A stretch of DNA of 64,000 nucleotides. It comes from Pyrinomonadaceae bacterium (GTDB taxonomy: Bacteria > Acidobacteriota > Blastocatellia > Pyrinomonadales > Pyrinomonadaceae). Below the pieces are notes generated by a model that was not told the origin of the DNA, did not search any database, and worked only from the letters and a program-made list of their open reading frames with translations. Positions 42,265 to 50,144 of this stretch are shown piece by piece. The position numbers were made by a program, and so were the translations under genes. Position 1 is the stretch's first letter, and each line of letters begins with the position of its first letter. The stretch is taken from contig JBGTKY010000018.1 in NCBI GenBank assembly GCA_041744395.1, positions 22,389 through 86,388 of the forward strand, written 5' to 3'.

Positions 42265-42852
42265 TTACTGATTCTGAAAATAGAGATACCAGTTCTCGCT
42301 AATTTCTCTATACATCGGCTCTTTCCCGAAATTTTCCCTTATGTCGCCATCAAGAGATTGACGCAGAGTATGAGGTGTATCAGTCGAAAATAAATAGCCT
42401 TTGCTGGATCCGCCAGTAAGCAAACCCTCACTCGACGCGATCAAGAAGATCTGTCCGTTCTTGGGATACTGTAGCAATCCCCGGGAAAGCTTCAGTCTAT
42501 AGAAAAGATCACGATACTTATCCCATCTCGCCTGTGACATTCCAAGCTCAGAATCTGGACGCGGCCAGCTCGCGTTGTCATCAAGCCAAATGAAGTCATT
42601 GTCGATCCTAACAACCTTGGGATCAGCCTGAGCCATTTCGATAAGGGCCTCAAACTCTTTCCTATTTGCATTAAATAGACCTTCTAATTCAGCATCGGTT
42701 GGATGAATATCGGAGGAACCGCCGCAACTTAAAATAAAGGGTATTAAAAGTAAACATGCAACGAATGAATACCGACGAAAACTGTCACTTAGATCTGGGT
42801 ACGGCCCTCGATACTGCAATTCTGTCACATTCATATATTGAACGTATTCCAA
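42265..42852 (-). CDS. hypothetical lipoprotein
   Basis: Lipobox LLIPFILSCGG. No family recognised. AT-richer than flanking housekeeping genes. Confidence 0.5.
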   Translation of the reverse strand: MEYVQYMNVTELQYRGPYPDLSDSFRRYSFVACLLLIPFILSCGGSSDIHPTDAELEGLFNANRKEFEALIEMAQADPKVVRIDNDFIWLDDNASWPRPDSELGMSQARWDKYRDLFYRLKLSRGLLQYPKNGQIFLIASSEGLLTGGSSKGYLFSTDTPHTLRQSLDGDIRENFGKEPMYREISENWYLYFQNQ

Positions 42853-43125
42853 ACGGGTGTGAATGGTGGAAAGCTATCAGGTCGGAGATACCCGTGTCAA
42901 TAATTTGACCAGCAGCAATTGGGGAAATTTAGACACGGCGGATGGTCTTCGGGCTATGCCCCACGATGTGCGGAAAGGCTATGTCTTTCCGACAGCCCGC
43001 CCAAATCTCGCGGCTACGCCGCCGCTTCGGTAGCGCGCTCAGGGAGTAAAACGGGGGGTAGAGCCGCTTTCATTTATTGCATCGCACGGAAAAGTAAACT
43101 TTTCCGCAAATAGAGCGGCATGCCG

Positions 43126-43275
43126 CCGGTGATCCAAGTCAGAACCGCGGGCGTGTGCCTGTGGCGAGGACTCACGACGTATTCCCCGCCGCAGTCGAAA
43201 CCCGCAACACCTACCCAACCCTCGAAGACGGTGACATCCGTCTAGCCTGCATCGCGAGATGTAGGAAAGATAAAC
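43126..43275 (+). repeat. copy 1 of a ~150-nt conserved intergenic element (candidate plus-strand structured RNA)
   Basis: Aligns over its full length with 43857-44007 and 45534-45683. Hairpins at 43226-43243 (AGACGG/UGACAU/CCGUCU) and 43246-43265 (CCUGCAUC-GCGA-GAUGUAGG). Confidence 0.85.
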
Positions 43276-43281
43276 TCGACC

Positions 43282-43791
43282 TTACCTTTTTTTATCAGAT
43301 ATTAAATAACTTTCATTGAAAATGAATTCCATTCGGAAAGGAAGATTTCCGTTGCCGAGAAAGAAGCTGCGAACCTCAAGCGTTCCTACGGTTTTGTCTT
43401 TCAAGTAGCGAGTGGAGTAGAGCTGTGAAGTCGGGGGCGAAATCGAAAAGCCTTCGGAACTCAGTTGTTTGCGAAATTCCTCAGCCAGAGCCTTCTCGAG
43501 ATCCCACGTCGAATATCCTTCGTTGACCTTGCCTATTTCGACCATCCATCGGCGCGTAAGAAACACCCGTCCGTCGATCGCAGTCCATTCTTCAACACCG
43601 CCCCCGGCTTCGACAACGTCGATTCGGTCACGGGCAATTCGGCTCAACAAGTCGGGCTTCCCATCAGACTCGAGCAAGCCAGCGAGTTCACGAATGAAAA
43701 TACTCGAACCGGGCGGAGCCGAAATCGTTTGTCCGTGCAATGCTACCGCTTGAGTCGAAATCAAAATTGCGAGTAGAAGATACTTCTTCAT
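43282..43791 (-). CDS. hypothetical secreted protein
   Basis: Signal peptide MKKYLLLAILISTQAVALHGQ. No family recognised. Confidence 0.55.
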   Translation of the reverse strand: MKKYLLLAILISTQAVALHGQTISAPPGSSIFIRELAGLLESDGKPDLLSRIARDRIDVVEAGGGVEEWTAIDGRVFLTRRWMVEIGKVNEGYSTWDLEKALAEEFRKQLSSEGFSISPPTSQLYSTRYLKDKTVGTLEVRSFFLGNGNLPFRMEFIFNESYLISDKKR

Positions 43792-43856
43792 AGGTTAAAT
43801 ACAATCGAGGTCAGGCCTTAGTTTTTGCAGTTTTGTCCCTTCTGCGATCTAATATG

Positions 43857-44007
43857 CCGACGATTTAAGTCAGAACCGCGGGCGTGTGCCCTTGGCGCGG
43901 ACTCACGACACATTCCCCTGCCGCAGTCGAAACCCGCGACAATTACCCAACCGTCGAAGACGGTGACATCTGTCTAGCCCGCATCGGGAGTTGCGGGGAC
44001 GAAGATT
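43857..44007 (+). repeat. copy 2 of the ~150-nt element
   Basis: Same order and orientation, with one extra T (43919). Hairpins at 43958-43975 (AGACGG/UGACAU/CUGUCU, one G-U) and 43978-43997 (CCCGCAUC-GGGA-GUUGCGGG). Confidence 0.85.
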
Positions 44008-44015
44008 TCGAGCGA

Positions 44016-45374
44016 CTATCTGATGCGCTCCATAATCACGCTTACCTTGCCAGAATCGAACAGATCGCGAACTACGAAGCCTTCCTTCGCCAATTCGTTC
44101 ATCTTATTCACGGCTTTCTTTGACGACGGTGTGAGATCGATATACACCCTGCCCTCGGTTTCTTCTTCAATCCGATCAAACTCAAAACTTAGTATTCTGA
44201 ATTCCGCGTTTTTTCCTTTTCCCTCCAAATTCTGCTCGAAGATCAGAGTACTTCGGATTCCTTTCTCGTTCGGATAAGTGGTTTGATAGACTGCACCTTT
44301 CACCTGCAGCTTAGCTAATTCTTTATCGAAATTTCTTTTGTCCGCTCGAATCCAAACATACGAAACTGGAATTGATCTAGTCTCATTGTTTCTGTACATA
44401 ACCGCTATACCGTTATTCGTCATTGCCAGTCTGTATCCAAGCTTTGCAAAGTCATTTACCTTCTTTTGAACATTGTTAGTTCCCCAGCCTGATCTTACAA
44501 TCTGCACATCCGGCTTGTCTTTCAATATGTCATCTTTGCCTTTCACCCGTTCGAGAAGAATTTCAAATTGTGAAATTGCTCTAACCGGATAGAAGCCGTC
44601 GGCAAGCTTTTCGTCGACCTCCGATGCCATCTCGATACTTGGTTTGGCTCCCCAGCCCGGTGAGCTTCCGATCACCACCTGTTCAAAATGTCTTTTCGAA
44701 TTTAGTTCTTTCTCAATCAAAAACAGGTCCTTGTATGCACACTTTTCGCCGAAAGCCGGGTCCTCCTGATAAAGAGGCTCACACGAATGGCTGATAAGCG
44801 AATGTTCTACCACTCGAAACCTTTCACTTTTGCCTTCTTCCAGTTTTGCCGCCAAACCACTTTTGACAAAATGCGTCGGGCTTGTGGTCTCGAACCAACT
44901 ATATTCATAATGCGCCTCATCAAATCGAACCATTGCGATAGGCGTTCCGGGGAGAGAAGATAGTGCCCTGTAACCTTGTCTCGCAAATTTATTTATCTCT
45001 TTGATAAAGCTATTTCGCTCTGACCTTACCATACGTTCGTACTCACCGAACTTCCATTTAATTCTTCCTTCATAACTCGGAGAAAATACCAAGACATAGG
45101 CTGGAGTTTCAGCACTGATGTCTGAAGTGGACTTCGGATTACGCTCGAATTCTTTGTTTGCTTTCGAACTCTGCTGACTTTGCGAGTACCCATTGTCGCC
45201 AGCAACTGTCCTCACGAGTAGCAAATTAGTACTGGCCGTTCCCTGCGAGCTAGTCTGAGCGACGGCGTCAAAAGAAAAGACACATCCCAAGACCGCCAAA
45301 AGCAACAACACAGACAGCCTATCCCAAAATAAGCGAAAACCGCCCAACCTGCTTAGCATCGCACATCGAACCAT
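44016..45374 (-). CDS. hypothetical secreted protein with three internal DUF4177-like repeats
   Basis: I prefer the ATG at 45374 (MVRCAMLSRLGGFRLFWDRLSVLLLLAVLGCVFSFDAVAQT). Repeated blocks: INKFARQGYRAL..IAMVRF, VNDFAKLGYRLAMTNNGIAVMYR, MNELAKEGFVVRDLFDSGKVSVIMER. Confidence 0.55.
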   Translation of the reverse strand: MVRCAMLSRLGGFRLFWDRLSVLLLLAVLGCVFSFDAVAQTSSQGTASTNLLLVRTVAGDNGYSQSQQSSKANKEFERNPKSTSDISAETPAYVLVFSPSYEGRIKWKFGEYERMVRSERNSFIKEINKFARQGYRALSSLPGTPIAMVRFDEAHYEYSWFETTSPTHFVKSGLAAKLEEGKSERFRVVEHSLISHSCEPLYQEDPAFGEKCAYKDLFLIEKELNSKRHFEQVVIGSSPGWGAKPSIEMASEVDEKLADGFYPVRAISQFEILLERVKGKDDILKDKPDVQIVRSGWGTNNVQKKVNDFAKLGYRLAMTNNGIAVMYRNNETRSIPVSYVWIRADKRNFDKELAKLQVKGAVYQTTYPNEKGIRSTLIFEQNLEGKGKNAEFRILSFEFDRIEEETEGRVYIDLTPSSKKAVNKMNELAKEGFVVRDLFDSGKVSVIMERIR

Positions 45375-45533
45375 AGAACATTCACCTCTGCTTAATCTTA
45401 CACGAAGGCCTGAATTGTTTTTGATTGTAAGAGCTACTCGAACCTTTGAGACTTTATACCCCGAAAACGTTGCAGTTCGAGTCCTAGAAAGAGTCAAGCT
45501 GCGTTACGGCAATCGCTTCTGCATTCTAGTACA

Positions 45534-45683
45534 CCGGTGATCTAAGTCAGAACCGCGGGGGTGAGCGCGTGGCGAGGACTCACGACACACTCCCAACCGC
45601 AGTCGAAACCCGCAACAATCACCCAACCGTCGAAGACAGTGACATCTGTCTAGCCCGCATCGCGAGATGTGGGAACGATAAAC
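45534..45683 (+). repeat. copy 3 of the ~150-nt element
   Basis: 131 of 150 positions identical to copy 1 by hand alignment. Hairpins at 45634-45651 (AGACAG/UGACAU/CUGUCU) and 45654-45673 (CCCGCAUC-GCGA-GAUGUGGG). Similarity to copy 2 extends a further ~16 nt upstream (45518-). Confidence 0.85.
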
Positions 45684-45736
45684 AACCAACCTGAAACGTC
45701 AACGACGGAGACATACGCCACCATCTTCAACCGTTG

Positions 45737-46237
45737 TTAATTTTCCGGCCGCTCGTTCTTGCAAGATTCGATGCACGGGTAAAAAATCCGTTGCTCCTTC
45801 AGCTCACATACGTTCTTGTGGAGTTCAAGATCGACAGCGCATTCGCCCACAAACAGATCTAAATCTGTCGAGACAATAAATTCAGTGAAGAAAGTTTGCT
45901 GAAAATAAATCTCTACCGTACCCAGTCCTTGGGTTTTTCTCCCCGTTATTAAGATCAAATTTTCCGGTTGCTTAGAGAAGACCGTATTTGGCCTGTAACG
46001 GGTAAGATAAGCATTCAAGTTGTGTAGTCGACGTTTACTGAGAGACTCATCACTTTCGAGTAAGCCGAGTCTTGCAATTGCGACAACCTTATCACCTGAT
46101 TTTGCCCGACTCAGAAGAACGTCCAGGATCGCACCGTTCGATCCGCAACTCGTTTGGGCCGGCACGCTCACACTTGCGACCGCACAAAATGAAAGAAAGG
46201 CAATAAAGGAAACTATTCTCATTGTTGAAGCAGTCAT
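45737..46237 (-). CDS. hypothetical secreted Cys-containing protein
   Basis: Signal peptide MRIVSFIAFLSFCAVASVSVPAQ. No family recognised. Confidence 0.5.
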   Translation of the reverse strand: MTASTMRIVSFIAFLSFCAVASVSVPAQTSCGSNGAILDVLLSRAKSGDKVVAIARLGLLESDESLSKRRLHNLNAYLTRYRPNTVFSKQPENLILITGRKTQGLGTVEIYFQQTFFTEFIVSTDLDLFVGECAVDLELHKNVCELKEQRIFYPCIESCKNERPEN

Positions 46238-46794
46238 AACTCATGGAGGCTCTTCAGCTGCTTGCTGCCATGATGTGCGGCGAAGTTTACTTCGAAGTTG
46301 TCATAAAAAAATCTTCGAGCTTGCACGCGATCCGCGTTCGGCCGCAAGCAGATTGAAAAAAGTTCGAGCCAATTTCTTTGCGATCAATTGGTCAAATATC
46401 TCTCTCACGCGAATGCAACTATCGCACGGGGCGGCGGGGATCGGAATGTTGGATGTGAAGCATCGGGGCAGTTGGAATGAATGGAATGAAATGCGGCGTT
46501 TGGAAAGGGAGATAGCGACGGAGATCGGCGCAAGATCTCGGGTCGGACCGTGAGGGTGATGATCGCGTGGTTTGTCTTGCGGCACGGAGCAGGATCATGA
46601 CATGCCTGACCGTTTGGCCCGAGATGGATAGAACCTGCGGCACCGATATTTCTCAGCACGCTATCACGCAAAGCATTCTCACCAATTTGCCAATATCAGC
46701 CACGCGACAAATTTCGAAATACACGCCGTCAGCCTCGATCATACCCCTAGGAGCTAACCTTTGAGTACCCGCGATCCCGCGATCAGCCAAGCAC

Positions 46795-46825
46795 AAAAAA
46801 GCCTGGCTGGTATTCCCGGGCTTTT
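46795..46825 (-). terminator. intrinsic terminator downstream of ssb
   Basis: AGCCTGG (46800-46806) pairs with CCGGGCT (46816-46822). On the minus strand the stem is followed by TTTTTTG. It lies about 50 nt after the ssb stop. Confidence 0.5.
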
Positions 46826-46873
46826 CGGCGAAAGCTGCCGGCTAAAGGCGGAACTCCAAACTAAGAATTCGAA

Positions 46874-47329
46874 CTAGAACGGAATGTCGTCTTCGGAGGT
46901 CGTCTGTGGCGCCGAAGCCGCGCCTGACGACGATGGCTTGCTCGCTGCCGGGCCGGCGAATTCCTGTTCGCCCTCGTTCGACTGCGAAGGAGCGCCGTCT
47001 CCGCGCGATCCGATAAACCGCATGTCGGTGCCGTGAACGTTCAACGTCTGGCGGGTATTGCCGTCGCGGTCGGTCCATTCCTCAAGCGAAACACGGCCTT
47101 CGATGTAGACCTGACGGCCTTTGGCCAAGAATTTAGAAGCATTTTCGGCCTGTTTGCCCCACAACGTAACGCGAAACCATGTCGGGACATCCTGAAATTC
47201 GCCCGATTTATCTTTCTTTCGTTCATTCGTCGCCATCGAAAAATCGCAGACGGCATCGCCTCCCGGCGTATATCGAAGTTCTGGGTCTCGGCCAAGGTTT
47301 CCAACTAGAATTATTTTGTTAAACGACAT
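46874..47329 (-). CDS. ssb: single-stranded DNA-binding protein
   Basis: MSFNKIILVGNLGRDPELRYTPGGDAVCDFSMATN OB-fold. Gly/Ser/Pro-rich tail ending in the acidic tip DDIPF. Confidence 0.95.
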   Translation of the reverse strand: MSFNKIILVGNLGRDPELRYTPGGDAVCDFSMATNERKKDKSGEFQDVPTWFRVTLWGKQAENASKFLAKGRQVYIEGRVSLEEWTDRDGNTRQTLNVHGTDMRFIGSRGDGAPSQSNEGEQEFAGPAASKPSSSGAASAPQTTSEDDIPF

Positions 47330-47464
47330 TTTGTAGAGCTATCTCCCTTAGTAGAATGTAATTTCGGCAAACTTTCTCGGATGTTACATTCATCTATCTA
47401 TAGCGGTCAAGTTGAGCGTGTTAGAATCTTCCTTTTGGGTGCGATGCCCGCCGTATTTGCGTAG

Positions 47465-48598
47465 ATGAACCTGACCGGATCTCGAAATTTCAGACGGATG
47501 AATGTCGTTGCCGCATTGCTGGCGGCGATTTTGGCTTGTTTTGCCAGCGTTTCCGCACAGAACGGCGTTGGTGAACCGGTCGCCTTCGTTAAATGCACCG
47601 AAGCGGCTTCAGGCGGCGTGGCTGTAGGCCCTTACGTCACCGCCGGCGGCCGCGTGATCGCTTCGGACACCGGCGGCGTGCTGCGAGCGATGGACGATTC
47701 GAATTTCGAGACCATCTGGAAGGCTGAGCTCGGCGGCGAGATCGCCTCGAACGTCGCATTTCACGGCGAATTTGCCTATCTCGTGAACAATTCGAGCTCC
47801 GACGACGATAAGACCGTCGGAACCTCCATGCTGCGTTCAGTGAACATCAACACGGGCCTGACGTCGCGCTCGCTTTCAATTCCCTTTTCGACGCGGTTTA
47901 CGCTCTATCCATCGGGGGACGGCGTGATCGCTGTCGGTGCAAGCGGCACGGCCGCGATGTACGACGTTGGGTTAAGCCAGACGATTTGGGAGTCGCGTTC
48001 GCCCGTCGCCTTCGGAACGGTCAGCGATTCCGCTAAAAGCCTGATCATCACGGCGAGGGAAGGCGGCGCCGTTCTATTTCTGGACGCACGAAGCGGGGCG
48101 ACGATTGCCGATCTGAGGTCCGATTCGGCACTGACCGCGGCAACTATCGTCGATGCCGATACAGCGTTCATCGGCGACGAGCGCGGCAACGTAAGCAAGA
48201 TCGATCTGCCCGGCGGACAAGCGGCATGGACTTTCAAGACAGGCGGCGGCGTCTCGTTTCTCCGCGAGCTGTACGGCAGCCTCTACGTCGCGTCAAACGA
48301 TAACTTTTTCTACCGAATTTCGGCACAAAGCGGTAGAGTCATCTGGCGAAAACGAATGCCCGGCCGCATGATCATCCCCCCGCTTTTATTGGCTGAAAGG
48401 GCTTTTTTGCCGGTCGTTGGAGAGAATTCGGTGACCGTGGTCGAAACTGAAAAAGGTAAGGTCATCGGCCGCATGACGCTTCGGGATGAACAGTTCCCTG
48501 CGTCGTCGATCTTTGCGGCTGCGGATGGCACGGTCTCGGTGCCTGTCGCAGGCGGTTTCGTCGTATTCAGCAGCGCTGCCTGTTCGACCAAAAAATAA
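47465..48598 (+). CDS. PQQ-like beta-propeller repeat protein (BamB-like fold), secreted
   Basis: Signal peptide MNVVAALLAAILACFASVSAQ. Repeated ..G.V.A.D..G...W.. blades. Alternative start at 47498. Confidence 0.7.
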   Translation: MNLTGSRNFRRMNVVAALLAAILACFASVSAQNGVGEPVAFVKCTEAASGGVAVGPYVTAGGRVIASDTGGVLRAMDDSNFETIWKAELGGEIASNVAFHGEFAYLVNNSSSDDDKTVGTSMLRSVNINTGLTSRSLSIPFSTRFTLYPSGDGVIAVGASGTAAMYDVGLSQTIWESRSPVAFGTVSDSAKSLIITAREGGAVLFLDARSGATIADLRSDSALTAATIVDADTAFIGDERGNVSKIDLPGGQAAWTFKTGGGVSFLRELYGSLYVASNDNFFYRISAQSGRVIWRKRMPGRMIIPPLLLAERAFLPVVGENSVTVVETEKGKVIGRMTLRDEQFPASSIFAAADGTVSVPVAGGFVVFSSAACSTKK

Positions 48599-48628
48599 AA
48601 ATGCGGCACATCGAGCATGCCGCATTTC
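48590..48628. terminator. bidirectional intrinsic terminator
   Basis: Perfect 8-bp stem ATGCGGCA (48601-48608) / TGCCGCAT (48618-48625). Flanked by AAAAATAAAA on the left and TTT on the right. Sits between convergent genes. Confidence 0.55.
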
Positions 48629-48647
48629 GTTACAATTTCAATTCCTT

Positions 48648-48878
48648 TTAGTGAGATACCGAATATTCATGCATGATCGCATAAATCTCGTCTTTGATCA
48701 TTAATTTCTTTTTCTTAAGTGTGGATTCTTCGACTTGTTCGTCATCGCTTGGATAGGTAAGTCCTGCAAGTTCGTTCAATCGTTGTTCGTAATTCTGATG
48801 CTGGTGTACCAGATCTCTGAAAGTCGGGTTGATCTTTATCAATTCGTCACGCACCGGGTCCGAGGTTGACATGTCCAT
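48648..48878 (-). CDS. DUF465 (YdcH-like) family protein
   Basis: From the ATG at 48878: MDMSTSDPVRDELIKINPTFRDLVHQHQNYEQRLNEL...LKKKKLMIKDEIYAIM. The upstream part of the track ORF is not protein-like. Confidence 0.7.
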   Translation of the reverse strand: MDMSTSDPVRDELIKINPTFRDLVHQHQNYEQRLNELAGLTYPSDDEQVEESTLKKKKLMIKDEIYAIMHEYSVSH

Positions 48879-48996
48879 ATCGTTCTTGTCCTCACTTTTC
48901 AAATAAACTGCACCCGTGCTAAATGCACCGTGCACCAGCCTTGGGTGTAACCCTATGTTAAACAAAAGCGGAGCAGATTTCAAGGAATGTTTACAG

Positions 48997-49485
48997 TTAA
49001 GCAACCTTCGGCGGCGAAAGCCTTAGCCGCATCAGATGGGCGTCTTCGGTGGGGTGAGTATAGAAGTTTCGCCGTCGTCCGTCGATGAAGAACCCGAACG
49101 ATTCATAGAAGCCAATAGCGGCCAAATTTGAGGCTCGAACGTCCAACCAGATGTTGTTTGCCCTCGTCTTTCGCGCAAGCTCAATGAATTCGGCCATTAG
49201 CAACGCCCCCCCGCCCCGCCGCCGGAGCTCGGCCTTTATCCCGATGTTGTAGAGCTCGGCATCACGATCGGAGACTATTCCAGGCACAATTCTGCCGACG
49301 AGGAATCCGGCGCATTCGTCTGTCGGCGATTCGAGCCGGAGCATGATCGATAATGGCATTGCGGTCTCATCACGATAGTCAGCCTCGGACCAGTGGCTCA
49401 GGCCGCTGTCGTGAGCGATCTTCGTTATTGTTGGGACGTCCTCGGTCCGCAGCTGCCGAACGATGAAATTAACTTGCGGGGTCAT
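48997..49485 (-). CDS. rimI: ribosomal-protein-alanine N-acetyltransferase (GNAT)
   Basis: GNAT motif A (IGIKAELRRRGGGALLM). Immediately downstream of tsaB with a 4-nt overlap, which is the classical tsaB-rimI arrangement. Confidence 0.8.
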   Translation of the reverse strand: MTPQVNFIVRQLRTEDVPTITKIAHDSGLSHWSEADYRDETAMPLSIMLRLESPTDECAGFLVGRIVPGIVSDRDAELYNIGIKAELRRRGGGALLMAEFIELARKTRANNIWLDVRASNLAAIGFYESFGFFIDGRRRNFYTHPTEDAHLMRLRLSPPKVA

Positions 49486-50144
49486 ATCAGCTGCCGTTGG
49501 CGGGCCGGATTGTGAAGATACTGGGGCACAAGTTCTTCGTTGCCGTGACCCATGGTAACCGCTCGGCCGATCAGGAATGCGAGGTTGCGGCCGGAGTCAA
49601 TGATAGTCTTGTCGATCGATCCTGCGGCCGGACCTAATGATTCGTATAGATCGTGATGGAGTAAAACGAAATCGACATCAGCCGAACAAACAAGGTCTTC
49701 AATTACATTTCTTTCCATAACGATCGATTGCTCGATCTGGCGCAATGTTGACCCATTAACATCAAAAACGCCATATACCAGATCGTGACGACCGGTCGGC
49801 ACGGCAACCATTACTTTTCCGGAAGCAGAAAATGCCATTGCTTGCAGTACCGAAATGCTCCTTTGTTCAATACCCAGCGATCGGGCAAGCCCGAGTGCGG
49901 TTGCCGCGCCGATGCGGATTCCCGTGAAACTTCCGGGACCGTTTGAATAGGCGATAATATCGATCTCGGAAAGGTCCTTGCCGACATCTGTCAGCATCTC
50001 TGCAATATTTGGAATCAGATCTTCGGCCCGGGACACCGACGATTCGCCGCAAACGTTTTCAAGTTCGACTTCCCCAGCCAGCAAACTTAGGCTGCCACCA
50101 GCAACTCCTGACTCAATGGCAAGTATCAGTTTGTCGTCGTTCAT
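49482..50144 (-). CDS. tsaB: tRNA t6A37 biosynthesis protein TsaB
   Basis: ILAIESGVAGGSLSLL..., IIAYSNGPGSFTGIRIGAATALGLA (YeaZ/M22-like). Confidence 0.9.
   Translation of the reverse strand: MNDDKLILAIESGVAGGSLSLLAGEVELENVCGESSVSRAEDLIPNIAEMLTDVGKDLSEIDIIAYSNGPGSFTGIRIGAATALGLARSLGIEQRSISVLQAMAFSASGKVMVAVPTGRHDLVYGVFDVNGSTLRQIEQSIVMERNVIEDLVCSADVDFVLLHHDLYESLGPAAGSIDKTIIDSGRNLAFLIGRAVTMGHGNEELVPQYLHNPARQRQLI

Noticed and set aside
43149-43245. Short peptide encoded in the repeats (VCLWRGLTTYSPPQSKPATPTQPSKTVTSV in copy 1, similar in copy 3), or a type I toxin
   Set aside because: It starts at GTG with no Shine-Dalgarno, and the peptide is hydrophilic. The 1-nt insertion in copy 2 shifts the frame, producing the unrelated 79-aa track ORF 43884-44123. 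The synonymous-looking changes are explained by hairpin covariation.
43126-45683. Integron gene-cassette array, with the repeats as attC sites
   Set aside because: The layout is superficially similar: single same-strand ORFs separated by conserved ~150-bp repeats. However, the repeats lack RYYYAAC / GTTRRRY core sites at their ends. They are not overall imperfect palindromes, because the 5' and 3' ends are not complementary. No intI gene is present.
43126-45683. Hammerhead-like ribozyme, suggested by GUC and CGAAAC strings with a GACU...AGUC stem
   Set aside because: The position where CUGANGA should be reads GCGAGGA in copies 1 and 3 and GCGCGGA in copy 2. The conserved C3/U4 (and A6 in copy 2) are therefore missing. 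I could not fit twister, pistol or HDV-like cores either, though only by eye.
46020-46553. 177-aa plus-strand ORF
   Set aside because: Its first 218 nt are antisense to the signal-peptide-bearing gene 45737-46237, and the rest has an implausible composition. No start context is present.
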